Made by a program: the position numbers and the translations under genes. From NCBI RefSeq assembly GCF_027924185.1, contig NZ_BRVO01000003.1, positions 271,968 through 335,967 on the forward strand: a stretch of DNA of 64,000 nt. Direction: 5' to 3'. Source of the DNA: Neptunitalea lumnitzerae. Its GTDB lineage: Bacteria; Bacteroidota; Bacteroidia; Flavobacteriales; Flavobacteriaceae. Shown here one piece after another: positions 39,378 to 50,260 of the stretch (its first letter is position 1; every line of letters begins with the position of its first letter). The notes under the pieces are model-generated. The model was not told the DNA's origin. It did not search any database and was given only the letters and a program-made list of their open reading frames with translations.

Positions 39378-40592
39378 TTATTTTGCCTTAAGCAATGCTA
39401 TTTCTAACCCTCTTAACTCTGCCAAACCTCGTAAACGACCAATAGCAGAGTATCCTGGGTTGGTATGTTTTTCTAAATCATCTAACATTTGATGTCCATG
39501 GTCTGGGCGCATAGGTAAACGTACATCTGTTCTGCCCTCACTTATACGGCGCTGTTGCTCTTCTAACAGAGCCTTCATAACCGCATACATATCTACATCT
39601 CCCTCTAAATGATTAGCTTCAAAAAAGTTACCTTCTTCATCTCTTTTGGTAGCCCTTAAATGCACAAAGTTAATTCTGTGCCCTAATCGTTGTACCATAC
39701 CCTCCAAATCATTATCAGGTCTTACACCATAAGAACCAGTACAAAAACAAAGTCCGTTATACTTTGAATCTACAGCCTCTAGCAATTCAGTAGCATCTGC
39801 TTCTGTACTTACCACTCTAGGCAATCCCAGAATAGGAAACGGAGGATCATCTGGATGAATAGCCATGAGCACCCCTACCTCTTCAGCAACCGGAATAATT
39901 TCTTTTAAAAAAGCATATAAATTAGCTTTTAATACTTCTTCATCTATACCCTTATAGCTATCTAAAACTTCCTGAAACTTATCTAGCGTATATCCTTCTT
40001 CAGCACCTGGTAAACCCGCTATAATATTGTTTATTAATAACGTCTTTTTCTTGGTATTCATACCATGATACCTCACTGCAGCCTTTTCTAATTCTTCTTG
40101 TGAATACGCTTCAGCAGCGGCAGGTCTCTTTAATAAAAAGAGTTCAAAAGCAGCAAAATCAATTTTATCAAATCGCAAGGCTTTAGAACCATCTGGCATT
40201 TCAAAACTTAAGTCAGTACGTGTCCAATCTAGTACTGGCATAAAATTATAGCATACCGTATCTATACCACAAGCAGCTAAATTTTTAATACTCTGCTTAT
40301 AATTTTCAATATACAGTTTATAATCTCCTGTACGCCTTTTAATATCCTCGTGAACTGGTATACTTTCCACTACCGACCATGTGAGTCCGCTACTTTCTAT
40401 AACCGTTTTACGCTTCTGTATTTCTGCTACCGACCAAACTGTTCCATTAGGTATATGATGCAATGCATTTACAATACCAGTGGCACCGGCCATTTTTATA
40501 TGAGATAAAGGCACTGAGTCGTTAGGCCCATACCATCTCCATGTTTGCTCTAATGCCATACTAAACTCCGTTAAATGCTGTAAAACCTCCAT
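39378..40592 (-). CDS. uxuA: mannonate dehydratase
   Basis: [16 protein letters not shown].. N-terminus and xylose-isomerase-like TIM barrel typical of UxuA. Confidence 0.9.
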   Translation of the reverse strand: MEVLQHLTEFSMALEQTWRWYGPNDSVPLSHIKMAGATGIVNALHHIPNGTVWSVAEIQKRKTVIESSGLTWSVVESIPVHEDIKRRTGDYKLYIENYKQSIKNLAACGIDTVCYNFMPVLDWTRTDLSFEMPDGSKALRFDKIDFAAFELFLLKRPAAAEAYSQEELEKAAVRYHGMNTKKKTLLINNIIAGLPGAEEGYTLDKFQEVLDSYKGIDEEVLKANLYAFLKEIIPVAEEVGVLMAIHPDDPPFPILGLPRVVSTEADATELLEAVDSKYNGLCFCTGSYGVRPDNDLEGMVQRLGHRINFVHLRATKRDEEGNFFEANHLEGDVDMYAVMKALLEEQQRRISEGRTDVRLPMRPDHGHQMLDDLEKHTNPGYSAIGRLRGLAELRGLEIALLKAK

Positions 40593-41391
40593 CTACAGGT
40601 ACTGTAATCCCTGTCACAAACTTAGATGCAGGATTACATAACCATAACACCGTACTCACTAAATCTTCAGGTTCTCCAAAGTGCCCCATAGGCGTCTGCG
40701 ATAAAATCTTTTCTCCTCTAGAAGTTAAGCTACCGTCTTCATTAGTTAATAAGGTACGGTTCTGTTCTGTTAAGAAAAATCCAGGTACCAAGGCATTCAC
40801 ACGTATACCTTCTTTAGCAAAATATACTGCTAACCAGTGTGTAAAATTACTAATAGCGGCTTTTGCTGCGCTATAAGCCGGCACTTTAGTTAATGGCAAC
40901 CCCGCACTAACAGATGATATATTTAAAACACTACACTCTTTTCTACCTACCATATCTTTGGCAAACACTTGTGTTGGTATAAAAGTACCCATGTAGTTTA
41001 GATTGTACACATGTTCTACTCCGCCCAATCCTAATTTAAAGAAATCTTGAAAATCATCATCTTTTGGGGTTGTATTATCATAAAACTCATCTTTGGTAAC
41101 TCCATCAGGATGATTACCACCTGCGCCATTTAACAAAATATCAACCAATCCTAATTTCTCATTTATTGTTTTATGTGCAGCTTCTATGGTAGCTTTATCA
41201 CAAACATCTACACTAAGCGCTAAAGCTGTACCACCGGTAGCTTTAATTTCTGCCGCTAACTTTTCTCCTTTTTCCAGACTTCTACCCAAAATAGCAACTT
41301 TAGCACCTTCGGCTGCTATTGCTTTTGTTAGGGCACTCCCTAAAACTCCGGTACCTCCGGTTATTACAGCAACTTTATTTTGTAGTAACAT
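40561..41391 (-). CDS. uxuB: SDR-type D-mannonate oxidoreductase
   Basis: [15 protein letters not shown] Rossmann motif. Co-operonic with uxuA, as for the Bacteroidota SDR-type UxuB. Confidence 0.7.
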   Translation of the reverse strand: MLLQNKVAVITGGTGVLGSALTKAIAAEGAKVAILGRSLEKGEKLAAEIKATGGTALALSVDVCDKATIEAAHKTINEKLGLVDILLNGAGGNHPDGVTKDEFYDNTTPKDDDFQDFFKLGLGGVEHVYNLNYMGTFIPTQVFAKDMVGRKECSVLNISSVSAGLPLTKVPAYSAAKAAISNFTHWLAVYFAKEGIRVNALVPGFFLTEQNRTLLTNEDGSLTSRGEKILSQTPMGHFGEPEDLVSTVLWLCNPASKFVTGITVPVDGGFTAFNGV

Positions 41392-42592
41392 TCTTTTTTC
41401 TAGTATTTACAATTAATGGATTTTCTATAATTTGTTTTTGTCTCTGTAGTAAAGCATCCCAATCTGCTACCGATTTCACCTGGCCACTTTTTTCCCAAGC
41501 AAAACCTGCATAATATTCTAAGGTAGTTGTTGGCTTTGCTACTATAAGTAAATTACTTTGATCTTTAACTTTAGTAACTCTAGCAAAAGCACTATCAATT
41601 TCTTTCGGATTCATAACAATACCTTCACCTACATGAGCATCATCAATTTGCTCCCAATTACGTATCCATCCTTTTTTGGCTTGTAACTTGTACTCACCTA
41701 CATTTTCATGAGTAGTAATACCTATAGCATAATTTGGCACTTCTTTTTCTGCTTTTAAGCTAATTTGAAACTTAGAAAAGTTGCTTCCTAAATCTAACGA
41801 TATACGTTTGGTCTCTTGAATATTATACGGACTCCAAGGAGCATAACTCAATTCAAAAACGGTACGTAAAGGTCCAGAAGCGATGGTTTTATAGGAAATG
41901 AAATTTTTAGATACATATAAGGTATCATTTTCCCACACACCAATTCCTCCATCGCCTCTACTCGCACCCACATGGTAGGGGTCATATCCTTCTCCTCTAT
42001 CATGATGATAATACATAGGGTCTGTTTGATACCCTTTATACCAACTATCTATTACAGATTTATCAGTTCGTTTCAACCATAAATCTATACCACTAGAAAG
42101 GGTTCCGTTTTCTCTACCTTCCTCTACTCTTAACTGAGCATCTGGTCCGTAAGTTCTAAAGGCAACCTTATCATTTTCCCACGTATAATCATCTGTACGC
42201 TCTGGCACAAAACGAGAATAGGCTACTACATCACTTTTTGGTGTGGTAACAGTACTATCCATAACAATGGTATAATACACACTTTCTTCTGCCTTTACAG
42301 TTGCTTGAAACAAAAGCACATCATTACTACCATCTTGGTCATTATCTAGCCATTGGGTAGTTAAAAAGTTATCAGTTCCTTGTTTTTTAACTCTAATTGC
42401 ATCTTCATTAAAAGAAGAAAATTGCTTTTGAAGTTCTTCTATGGAAACAGAAACAATTTCAGTTCTGTTAAAATGTAGTTCGTTAATTACCTCAACAGTT
42501 ACTGCATCTGCTTCCTTTTTTGTAGCAGTGCAACCGATTACACTAACTAAACATAGTAATGCAATCGGCTTTATATAATATTTTAAAAACAT
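41375..42592 (-). CDS. DUF4861-like lipoprotein
   Basis: Lipoprotein signal (..VSVIGC|TATKK). Beta-rich 405 aa protein in the same gene run as uxuAB and the glycoside hydrolases. Confidence 0.5.
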   Translation of the reverse strand: MFLKYYIKPIALLCLVSVIGCTATKKEADAVTVEVINELHFNRTEIVSVSIEELQKQFSSFNEDAIRVKKQGTDNFLTTQWLDNDQDGSNDVLLFQATVKAEESVYYTIVMDSTVTTPKSDVVAYSRFVPERTDDYTWENDKVAFRTYGPDAQLRVEEGRENGTLSSGIDLWLKRTDKSVIDSWYKGYQTDPMYYHHDRGEGYDPYHVGASRGDGGIGVWENDTLYVSKNFISYKTIASGPLRTVFELSYAPWSPYNIQETKRISLDLGSNFSKFQISLKAEKEVPNYAIGITTHENVGEYKLQAKKGWIRNWEQIDDAHVGEGIVMNPKEIDSAFARVTKVKDQSNLLIVAKPTTTLEYYAGFAWEKSGQVKSVADWDALLQRQKQIIENPLIVNTRKKNVTTK

Positions 42593-42598
42593 TGGAGA

Positions 42599-44770
42599 TT
42601 ATTTTTTAATTCCCTCTAAGGTAGGAATAACTTCAATGATATAACCATTTTCATCAAACTTTAACGTGTCTATACACACTTCTCTATGAAAACCAGCTCT
42701 GCTCCCCATCTCTTCACCTTTTGGGTAGTTAAACCTGTGATACACCAAAAACCACTCATCTGTATCATGTTTTTGAATGGCAGAATTATGTCCGGTAGCT
42801 AAAATTTGTGCTTCTTCATTTCGCTGAATCACAATATTGTTTTCTGGTATATGTAAGGGTCCTAATGGCCCATCTGCAATTGCGTAACGCACTTTGTAAT
42901 TAGGACTTCTGGTATCATCTTCAGACCACATAAAATAGTATTTACCATTTCTGTAAATCACATAAGTACCTTCTCTAAATGTAGTATCGGGAGTAAGATT
43001 TTTTAAGGTATTCTTCTTAATAGATACCATATCATCATTTAACTCTACAGCAGCTAAATAACCATTACCCCAATATAAATATGATTTTCCTGTTTTCGGA
43101 TCCATAAACACATCTGGGTCAATTTCTTGTCCGCCTTTAACTCCTTCAGGTCTAAAATCAATTAGTGCTTTACCACTATCTACAAAAGGCCCTGTAGGGT
43201 CATCTGCCACTGCTACACCTATATTTTGCGCTGCGGTGAAATAGTAGTAATATTTATAAGCGCCGTCCACTTTCTTTTCTATAATACACGGAGCCCAAGC
43301 ATTTCTGTCTGCCCAACTTACATCTTTGTGCAAATCTAAAATTACACCTTCATCTTTCCAGCTTACTAAATCTTCAGAAGAAAAAGTTTTAAAATAGGTA
43401 CCCGACCAGTTATGGAAACCATCTGACGTTGGATAAATATAGTATTTACCTGTTTTTTCTGCATACAACACATCAGGGTCTGCATAATACCCCTCTAATA
43501 CCGGGTTATGATCTTCCGATGCTGTTACGTTAAAAGTTTTACTTTCTTTACCTTCAATGGTAACCGTATAAGCTACTGCTCCTTTTGAGAAATCTTGCGG
43601 ACCTTCAGGTGTTATCGTTACGCCTTCAAAGGTTGAAAACTTAGGGTCCAAACTGGTTAAATCTACACCTATTTTTACTGGTAAATGAATGGTCTTGGCT
43701 GGTCCGTTTACATCTACATTGATGGTTTTTAATTTTTCAGAATTCGCATCAATTAACGGATCATCATATGATGTGTAATTTGCCATTAATCTTTTTAACT
43801 CTTCATCTGTAATTGGCATTACCGTACCATGACGTGGATGAAAGTTCATACTTATAGACTCATCAATTACTTTAAAGTTTTTTAAATCTGTACTCTTTGT
43901 AAATTGATATCCCCCTTGCGTATATAAATCGTACATTAGAATATACTCTCCTGTTTCATTTAATTGGAAAATTCCGCTTCCTTCCACCGGATTGGTTTCT
44001 GCATCTACACGCTCATTACTCACTAATTCATATCCTTCAGTCAGCTTATCTGAAATTGCTAATTTAATACCAGGCTTACCATCTTCTGCCTTATGGAATA
44101 AATAAAACTTACCATCTTTTTTAATGATATCTCCGTCTATACAAGCCTTATTATTGCTATTAGCAGGCGGATAATACAGTTGTTTTGGTGCTGCTTCTAA
44201 TGCAGTAAAATCTTCATTAGCATATGCATAGTAAATTTTATCAGGGTCGTCTCCTTGTTTCATGGAAAAATACACCATGTATTTACCCGTAGCATCGTCA
44301 TAAATAGTTTGCGGTGCCCATACTCTATACACATCTCCGTATTCATTAGGAAATGATTCAGGAATATTAATTACTGAAGAGGTCCAGTTAATTAAATCGG
44401 TAGATTTCATAAGTACCATAGCATAGTTTTTCCAACCCATTTCTGGTACATATAAATCGGTTACTACCATATAGAAAGTTTTACCATCGGCACCTCTTAA
44501 AATATGCGGATCTCTTACTCCGCCAGTAGTACTAATATCATCATTAGAAACAATCGGTTGGTTTCCGTTTAATGCTTTATAATTGTAGCCATCGGTGCTT
44601 ACTGCATAGCGAATGGATTCTTCGCCTGGTCCGTTTCCTATAAAGTAGGTAAATAAATAAGCGGTATAATCATCCGCTTTACTTTTTGGCTCTCCACAGG
44701 AAAAAGCCATTCCAGAAATTAATACTACAAGTAGTATATACTTAAATTTACATAACAAGTTACTGGTCAT
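42599..44770 (-). CDS. glycoside hydrolase family 43 protein with two beta-propeller catalytic-like domains
   Basis: Two GH43-like N-terminal motifs (..GGVRDPHILRG.. and ..YYADPDVLYAEKTGKYYIY..) about 400 aa apart. Confidence 0.75.
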   Translation of the reverse strand: MTSNLLCKFKYILLVVLISGMAFSCGEPKSKADDYTAYLFTYFIGNGPGEESIRYAVSTDGYNYKALNGNQPIVSNDDISTTGGVRDPHILRGADGKTFYMVVTDLYVPEMGWKNYAMVLMKSTDLINWTSSVINIPESFPNEYGDVYRVWAPQTIYDDATGKYMVYFSMKQGDDPDKIYYAYANEDFTALEAAPKQLYYPPANSNNKACIDGDIIKKDGKFYLFHKAEDGKPGIKLAISDKLTEGYELVSNERVDAETNPVEGSGIFQLNETGEYILMYDLYTQGGYQFTKSTDLKNFKVIDESISMNFHPRHGTVMPITDEELKRLMANYTSYDDPLIDANSEKLKTINVDVNGPAKTIHLPVKIGVDLTSLDPKFSTFEGVTITPEGPQDFSKGAVAYTVTIEGKESKTFNVTASEDHNPVLEGYYADPDVLYAEKTGKYYIYPTSDGFHNWSGTYFKTFSSEDLVSWKDEGVILDLHKDVSWADRNAWAPCIIEKKVDGAYKYYYYFTAAQNIGVAVADDPTGPFVDSGKALIDFRPEGVKGGQEIDPDVFMDPKTGKSYLYWGNGYLAAVELNDDMVSIKKNTLKNLTPDTTFREGTYVIYRNGKYYFMWSEDDTRSPNYKVRYAIADGPLGPLHIPENNIVIQRNEEAQILATGHNSAIQKHDTDEWFLVYHRFNYPKGEEMGSRAGFHREVCIDTLKFDENGYIIEVIPTLEGIKK

Positions 44771-44795
44771 ATCTTAAATTGTTTACTTCCAAAAA

Positions 44796-47393
44796 TTACT
44801 GTTGTGTTTGCACACGTATTACTGTAAAAGAATAAGGTGGCAACGTATACTCAAATTCTTTTCCTATTTTAAAATCTTCTGTTGTCGGTATAACGTCAAT
44901 TGCATCAGGTGCACCCGCAAATACTGTTAATGTGGCATTACTATTCATTACAAATTGGGTATGGTCTAAATTAGCCGTTACTGGCACAGGTAACATACTT
45001 ACTAGTTTTATAATCATATCTCCGCTTTCCTCGTCTTGTACTACAGATACCCCTACTCTGTTGGTAATGTCTTCATTAGCAAAAGGTATACTTACATCTG
45101 TATCATAATAAATAGTTCCAGCATTTTGTCCGTATAATTTTTGTACATAATAATCGGTAGTTGGTTTAACTTCCAAATTATTGAAATAGATCAAATCTGG
45201 TTTCCATTGGGTATGGTTCTCCTTAGCCAACAAAGGTGCATACGATGTCATTTTTACCACATCGCCATTTCTTTCTACAGCTGTTAAGTATAGTGCCTCA
45301 GAAAGTGCTGTTTCCATATTACTGGGTCTACCTGGTAAGTGCGATGCATATTCTCCTAAATATACTTTCGCATTATTTCGGTCGTATGCATCATAGTAAT
45401 CTTGATTATGAATCAACCACCCTAGTGGCACATAATAATGCTCATCTACCATAGGTACTTCTAACTTATTTGCTAGTTCCCAACCTTCATCATAGTCGGT
45501 TCCTTCATAAAAAGGCCCTACGGTACCTATTACTACAATTTCAGGATATGCTTTCTGAATAGCATTAAATATTTGAGTAAAACGCTCTTCAAAAACATCG
45601 GTAATTAAATCTTCATTTCCTATACCTAGGTATTTTAAGTTGAAAGGCTCTGGGTGACCAGCTGCTGCACGTTTGCTTCCCCATTCTGAATTTTTATCTC
45701 CATTAGCCCATTCAATTAAATCTAAAATATCTTGAATATAAGCTACCATTTCTTCCTCTGGAATACCGCATTGCTGACCTGCTCCGCCTGTACTAGAATT
45801 TTGACAAGGTACACCTGCTGCAATTACCGGTAGTGGTGTTGCATTAATATCTTCACAAAATTGAAAATACTCAAAATATCCAAGTCCCATCGATTGGTGA
45901 TAATTCCAAATATTACGTTGTGGCTTTCTGGTTTCTAAAGGCCCAATGGTATTTTTCCATCTGTAAATATTATCGAGTCCATCGCCATGTGCCACACATC
46001 CTCCAGGGAAACGAACAAACTTTGGGTTTATATCTGCAATGGTTTGAGCCAAATCTGCACGTAATCCATTTTTATGTTGTTTAAACGTTTCAGCAGGAAA
46101 TAAAGAAATAAAATCTAAGCCTACCTTTTGATTACTCATAGGTTCTATAACCAATTGTGTATATCTAGCCGACTCCTTTACTTTTAGTGTAGTCTGATAC
46201 TTTTTCCAGTTTTTACTGGTTGCATTTATTGTTTTGGTGGTATATACCTTACCTAAAGTATCTACCAAACTAATTTTTAATTTAGTAGCCCCTTCAAAAG
46301 TTTTGGCAAACAACGAAAAATAATATTTTTCGTTCGCTTTTAAAGGTATCCCATCAAAACCTTCATTTACCAACTTACCAAGTTCATCATTTCGCTTTAT
46401 AGTAACATAGTGTAGGTTATTTTCATGTATAGGGCTTATACTATCTATAGTAACCTCTATACCTTCCGATTTCCATGCTTTTAAACTATTCCATGTATAG
46501 TCTCTAAACTTTGTATCTGCTGGGGTATATTCAAAATCTCTATTCTGAATTAATTCAGCATACAAACCACCATCGGCAGCATAGTTAATATCTTCAAAAA
46601 AGATCCCCATTAATAATGGACTAATTGCCTTTTTTCTATCCTTATGAATTGTTATCTGGGCAGTTACATTAGCTAAGCCGTCAAACCTTTTAGTATCCTG
46701 TTGAGTAGTTTCACTATAACGTTTGCTTTTATAGACCGATAAATCTTTTGCATCTATCAATGTTTGCACTTCGCTCCATTCTACTTCAGTAATTACTCCT
46801 TCAAAAGACATACCATCTACCACAACCTCGCTTTTAAGCGTAGTGTCGTAGCTAGCTTTTTCAATTTTGCTGTATTCTTTAAAATCTCTAGTAGTTACCT
46901 TATGGTAGGTTACCTCAGCACCTACCTTACTTTTCCACTGAACTTCATACAAACTACCCGTAAATTTAATTTGAGGCGCTAGAATATTTTTTTCTGTGTT
47001 TAATGGAGGGTACGACTGTCTTTTCCAATGTACCAAGTCTTCAGAAGCTGCATGTGCAAAAGTAAAATCGGTAGTATTCACGCTCCATATGCAATGCCAC
47101 AGGTTTTCTTGATCTTTAAACAAAAACGGACTAACCATTTTTTTCTGAGAACCCCATGCACCATAATCTGATTGTAAAAAAGGATGTTCTGGTCCAATAG
47201 CATGCCAGTTTACTTTGTCTGTACTCCAAGCAAAATATAAGCCATTTCTACTTCTATCTTCATGGTTGGTATAGGAGAATAGATATACCTTACCAGGATT
47301 ATCTTCAACCTTCTCTGCCTTTACAGGTACTACTGCCAACAGCAGTAGCACCATAAAATAAAAGCTAAATTTGTTTATATTGATTTTCTTCAT
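44796..47393 (-). CDS. abfA: alpha-L-arabinofuranosidase, GH51, with N-terminal extra beta-sandwich/propeller domain
   Basis: GH51 core (..NPKFVRFPGGCVAHGDGLDNIYRWKNTIGP.., ..YLGIGNEDL.. catalytic acid/base NE) plus signal peptide. 865 aa. Confidence 0.8.
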   Translation of the reverse strand: MKKININKFSFYFMVLLLLAVVPVKAEKVEDNPGKVYLFSYTNHEDRSRNGLYFAWSTDKVNWHAIGPEHPFLQSDYGAWGSQKKMVSPFLFKDQENLWHCIWSVNTTDFTFAHAASEDLVHWKRQSYPPLNTEKNILAPQIKFTGSLYEVQWKSKVGAEVTYHKVTTRDFKEYSKIEKASYDTTLKSEVVVDGMSFEGVITEVEWSEVQTLIDAKDLSVYKSKRYSETTQQDTKRFDGLANVTAQITIHKDRKKAISPLLMGIFFEDINYAADGGLYAELIQNRDFEYTPADTKFRDYTWNSLKAWKSEGIEVTIDSISPIHENNLHYVTIKRNDELGKLVNEGFDGIPLKANEKYYFSLFAKTFEGATKLKISLVDTLGKVYTTKTINATSKNWKKYQTTLKVKESARYTQLVIEPMSNQKVGLDFISLFPAETFKQHKNGLRADLAQTIADINPKFVRFPGGCVAHGDGLDNIYRWKNTIGPLETRKPQRNIWNYHQSMGLGYFEYFQFCEDINATPLPVIAAGVPCQNSSTGGAGQQCGIPEEEMVAYIQDILDLIEWANGDKNSEWGSKRAAAGHPEPFNLKYLGIGNEDLITDVFEERFTQIFNAIQKAYPEIVVIGTVGPFYEGTDYDEGWELANKLEVPMVDEHYYVPLGWLIHNQDYYDAYDRNNAKVYLGEYASHLPGRPSNMETALSEALYLTAVERNGDVVKMTSYAPLLAKENHTQWKPDLIYFNNLEVKPTTDYYVQKLYGQNAGTIYYDTDVSIPFANEDITNRVGVSVVQDEESGDMIIKLVSMLPVPVTANLDHTQFVMNSNATLTVFAGAPDAIDVIPTTEDFKIGKEFEYTLPPYSFTVIRVQTQQ

Positions 47394-47412
47394 TCTAGTT
47401 ATTTATTGGTAC

Positions 47413-48393
47413 CTAAGGCTTGTATTGCTTTCCTACTTTTATAGTATCTCCTGAAAGGTCTACCTCAAACAAATGCGGCACGCGTATATATCTACCATTT
47501 TCACTTCGGTGACTATGTACAGACATTAACAGCTTCCCATCTAAGGTTTTAAACAACATTCCATGTCCGAAGTTTGGCGGTGTAATAGGTTCTTTTCCAT
47601 GAATCCACGGCCCCTCTAAGGTTCCACTTTCAGAATAAGCTACTCCTTGTGTATATACATCATGTATCCAACTCGTCCAAATCATTCCCAATCTTCCTGT
47701 TTCGGTGGTAAATAAATACGGTCCATCAGTAACTTTACTAGGTACTAATTTACCTTCTTCATTATACTCTTCGCTCCACGGACTATCGCTAGCCTTAAAC
47801 ATTAATTCCCCTTCACCAACAGAACCACTAAGGTCGGACTTTAATTCAATTTTTTCCATAGTACCCTGCCAGTTTTGCAACCATTCATAACAGTATATCA
47901 TATAAGGCTTCCCATTTTTGTCTACCCAAAAGGTACCGTCTAAGGTTGGCTTATTTGCAGGCAGGTAGGTTTTGTCTTTCATCGGCACGTATGGCCCATC
48001 TGCAGTATCACTCACCAAAATATGACTGGCACGTCTTGGAATCTCTCTTCCTTTAACGGTATCTATAATGATGTTTTCATTAGTAAAAGTGCCAAAGTAA
48101 TAATACTTACCTTGGTACTTATGTAACTCAGCAGCCCATATCATTGGGTTAGGTCCCATCCATGAGGTAGAATCTGTTTTAGCTATATTAAAAGGCCCTT
48201 CCCAATATTTTAAATCTTTACTCTTCCATAATTTCCCTCCAGTACCTGTCATATAGTACATTTGGGTTTTCTGATCGGCAAGAATACACGGATCACTCAG
48301 CACTATCTCATCTAAAGCACGCACTTGCTGAGCAGCCCCTCTAGCAATAAGCGCTATACTTATAACACCTAATAAAAATAAACAACGTTTCAT
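47413..48393 (-). CDS. glycoside hydrolase family 43 protein
   Basis: Signal peptide and five-bladed-propeller-type sequence with an N-terminal catalytic Asp context (LSDPCIL). Confidence 0.7.
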   Translation of the reverse strand: MKRCLFLLGVISIALIARGAAQQVRALDEIVLSDPCILADQKTQMYYMTGTGGKLWKSKDLKYWEGPFNIAKTDSTSWMGPNPMIWAAELHKYQGKYYYFGTFTNENIIIDTVKGREIPRRASHILVSDTADGPYVPMKDKTYLPANKPTLDGTFWVDKNGKPYMIYCYEWLQNWQGTMEKIELKSDLSGSVGEGELMFKASDSPWSEEYNEEGKLVPSKVTDGPYLFTTETGRLGMIWTSWIHDVYTQGVAYSESGTLEGPWIHGKEPITPPNFGHGMLFKTLDGKLLMSVHSHRSENGRYIRVPHLFEVDLSGDTIKVGKQYKP

Positions 48394-48397
48394 ACAC

Positions 48398-50260
48398 TTA
48401 TTTTTTTGAAGCCTTCTCTTTTTCCTCTATTTCCTTGTAATACTTTTGCAACTCATAAAAAGCAAGCTTTTTGTTTCCATTCTCATCAATTAACCCTTTT
48501 CTATTAAACCCTTCTTGATAAACAGGATTGTTACGTTTAGGAGACCTAAAGTCTATCAAAATCCAAGGAGCTAAACCTTTATAATTCTCTGGAAAACGAG
48601 TTTTAAACATTTGTATTTGCTCTTCATAATACCATTTTTGGTACTCTTCACTAAAACGCATTTCCTTTTCATCATGAAATCCTCCTTTAGCTCCGGCACC
48701 AGTTTCACTAATAAAAAATGGTTTATTGTATTTAGTTTCCCAATTAGCTGTTCTACATGCATCAGGTAAGCCGCCATACCAACCTAGGTACTCGTTTAAC
48801 GAAACAATATCGGTATACGCTCCTAACGGGTCATCTACAAAATTGGTACCTGCATTGTAATGCACTTCTAAAGCCGCAGAAATTAATCTACTATCATCTA
48901 ATTTTTTAGCTCTTTTAGCCAATGTACTCATAAAGGTATTACGGGCATCGCTACGTGGCGTTTCGTTACCCACAGACCAAATAATTACAGAAGCTCTATT
49001 TCTATCTCTAGCAACCATTTCTTCTAATTGATTGGTTGCTTTTTCTAGCACCTCATCATTTTCAAAATCAATAGTCCAATACACAGGTATTTCTGTCCAT
49101 ACCAAAATTCCTAAAGAGTCTGCTGTTCTAGGCATGTACTCGTTATGAGGGTAATGCGCTAACCTTACCATATTAGCATGTAAATCTTTCACATACCCAA
49201 ATATTTGCTCAGCATCTTTTTTACTAGTTGCACGTCTGGCATCTTGTGGTATTTCTTCATGAATACAAATACCTCTCAAGAAAACTTCATCACCATTTAA
49301 AAGAATCTTATCTCCTTCTACCTCTATTTTTCTAAACCCAATTTTATCTGTTATCGCTTTTTCGTCATTAACAGCCAAAGAAACGTTGTAAAGTTTAGGT
49401 GTTTCAGTATCCCACAACTGCATTTTTTTCACTTCAAAAGCTATCTTCACAGAATCTCCTGTAACTTCAAATTCTTTATCTACTTTTAATTCAGGAATCT
49501 CAACATGCACTTTTCCAGAAGCCATTACTTCATTCAGCTTAACCCAACCCGATACCTGAAAACGTTTTTTCTTTTTGGCTTTCACTATATCTTGTTGCTG
49601 ATCTAGTTGAATATGGTATTGTTTTATAAAATACTCGGGCATCACAAGCAATTTTACATCTCGTGTAATCCCTCCATAATTGCACCAATCCGTGTTTACT
49701 GTAGGTACCTCATCTTTGTGACGTCTATTATCTACACGAACCACCAAGTAATTATCTGTATCTTGTAATAAATCAGCCGGAATTTTAAAATTAAACGGAG
49801 TAAATCCTCCTTTATGCATTCCTAACTTTTTACCATTTAAATACACATGAGCTTCATAGTTTACAGCACCAAAATACAAGTACACTTGTTCATTAGCAGC
49901 TATAGCAGGCTTATCAAAGGTACGTTGATACCAAACAGCCCCTTCGTAATACGTAAAAATAGGATCTTGAGAATTCCAGTCACCAGGAACTTCTAATGTA
50001 TATGTATCATTATATCCGTGCTCTGTCCAGTCAGTTTTCTTTTTAAGCACGGGTTTATTCCAATACGCTCCAAGATCATCCTCACTACGTTCGTTAAATC
50101 TATAATCATAAAAACCGGTATCATACGGGTCTATAATATAACTCCACGTTCCGTTTAAGGAAACCGAGTTTCTTCCCTCGGTATTAATGATTAAATTTTC
50201 TTGTGCCTGTAGTGTTAATCTGCCCAACACACAAGCTATTAGCAAAAAGTAATATTTCAT
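48398..50260 (-). CDS. glycoside hydrolase family 2 (beta-glucuronidase/beta-galactosidase-like)
   Basis: GH2 sugar-binding, Ig-like and TIM-barrel domains. ..ANMVRLAHYPHNE.. and ..IIWSVGNETP.. (acid/base Glu). Confidence 0.8.
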   Translation of the reverse strand: MKYYFLLIACVLGRLTLQAQENLIINTEGRNSVSLNGTWSYIIDPYDTGFYDYRFNERSEDDLGAYWNKPVLKKKTDWTEHGYNDTYTLEVPGDWNSQDPIFTYYEGAVWYQRTFDKPAIAANEQVYLYFGAVNYEAHVYLNGKKLGMHKGGFTPFNFKIPADLLQDTDNYLVVRVDNRRHKDEVPTVNTDWCNYGGITRDVKLLVMPEYFIKQYHIQLDQQQDIVKAKKKKRFQVSGWVKLNEVMASGKVHVEIPELKVDKEFEVTGDSVKIAFEVKKMQLWDTETPKLYNVSLAVNDEKAITDKIGFRKIEVEGDKILLNGDEVFLRGICIHEEIPQDARRATSKKDAEQIFGYVKDLHANMVRLAHYPHNEYMPRTADSLGILVWTEIPVYWTIDFENDEVLEKATNQLEEMVARDRNRASVIIWSVGNETPRSDARNTFMSTLAKRAKKLDDSRLISAALEVHYNAGTNFVDDPLGAYTDIVSLNEYLGWYGGLPDACRTANWETKYNKPFFISETGAGAKGGFHDEKEMRFSEEYQKWYYEEQIQMFKTRFPENYKGLAPWILIDFRSPKRNNPVYQEGFNRKGLIDENGNKKLAFYELQKYYKEIEEKEKASKK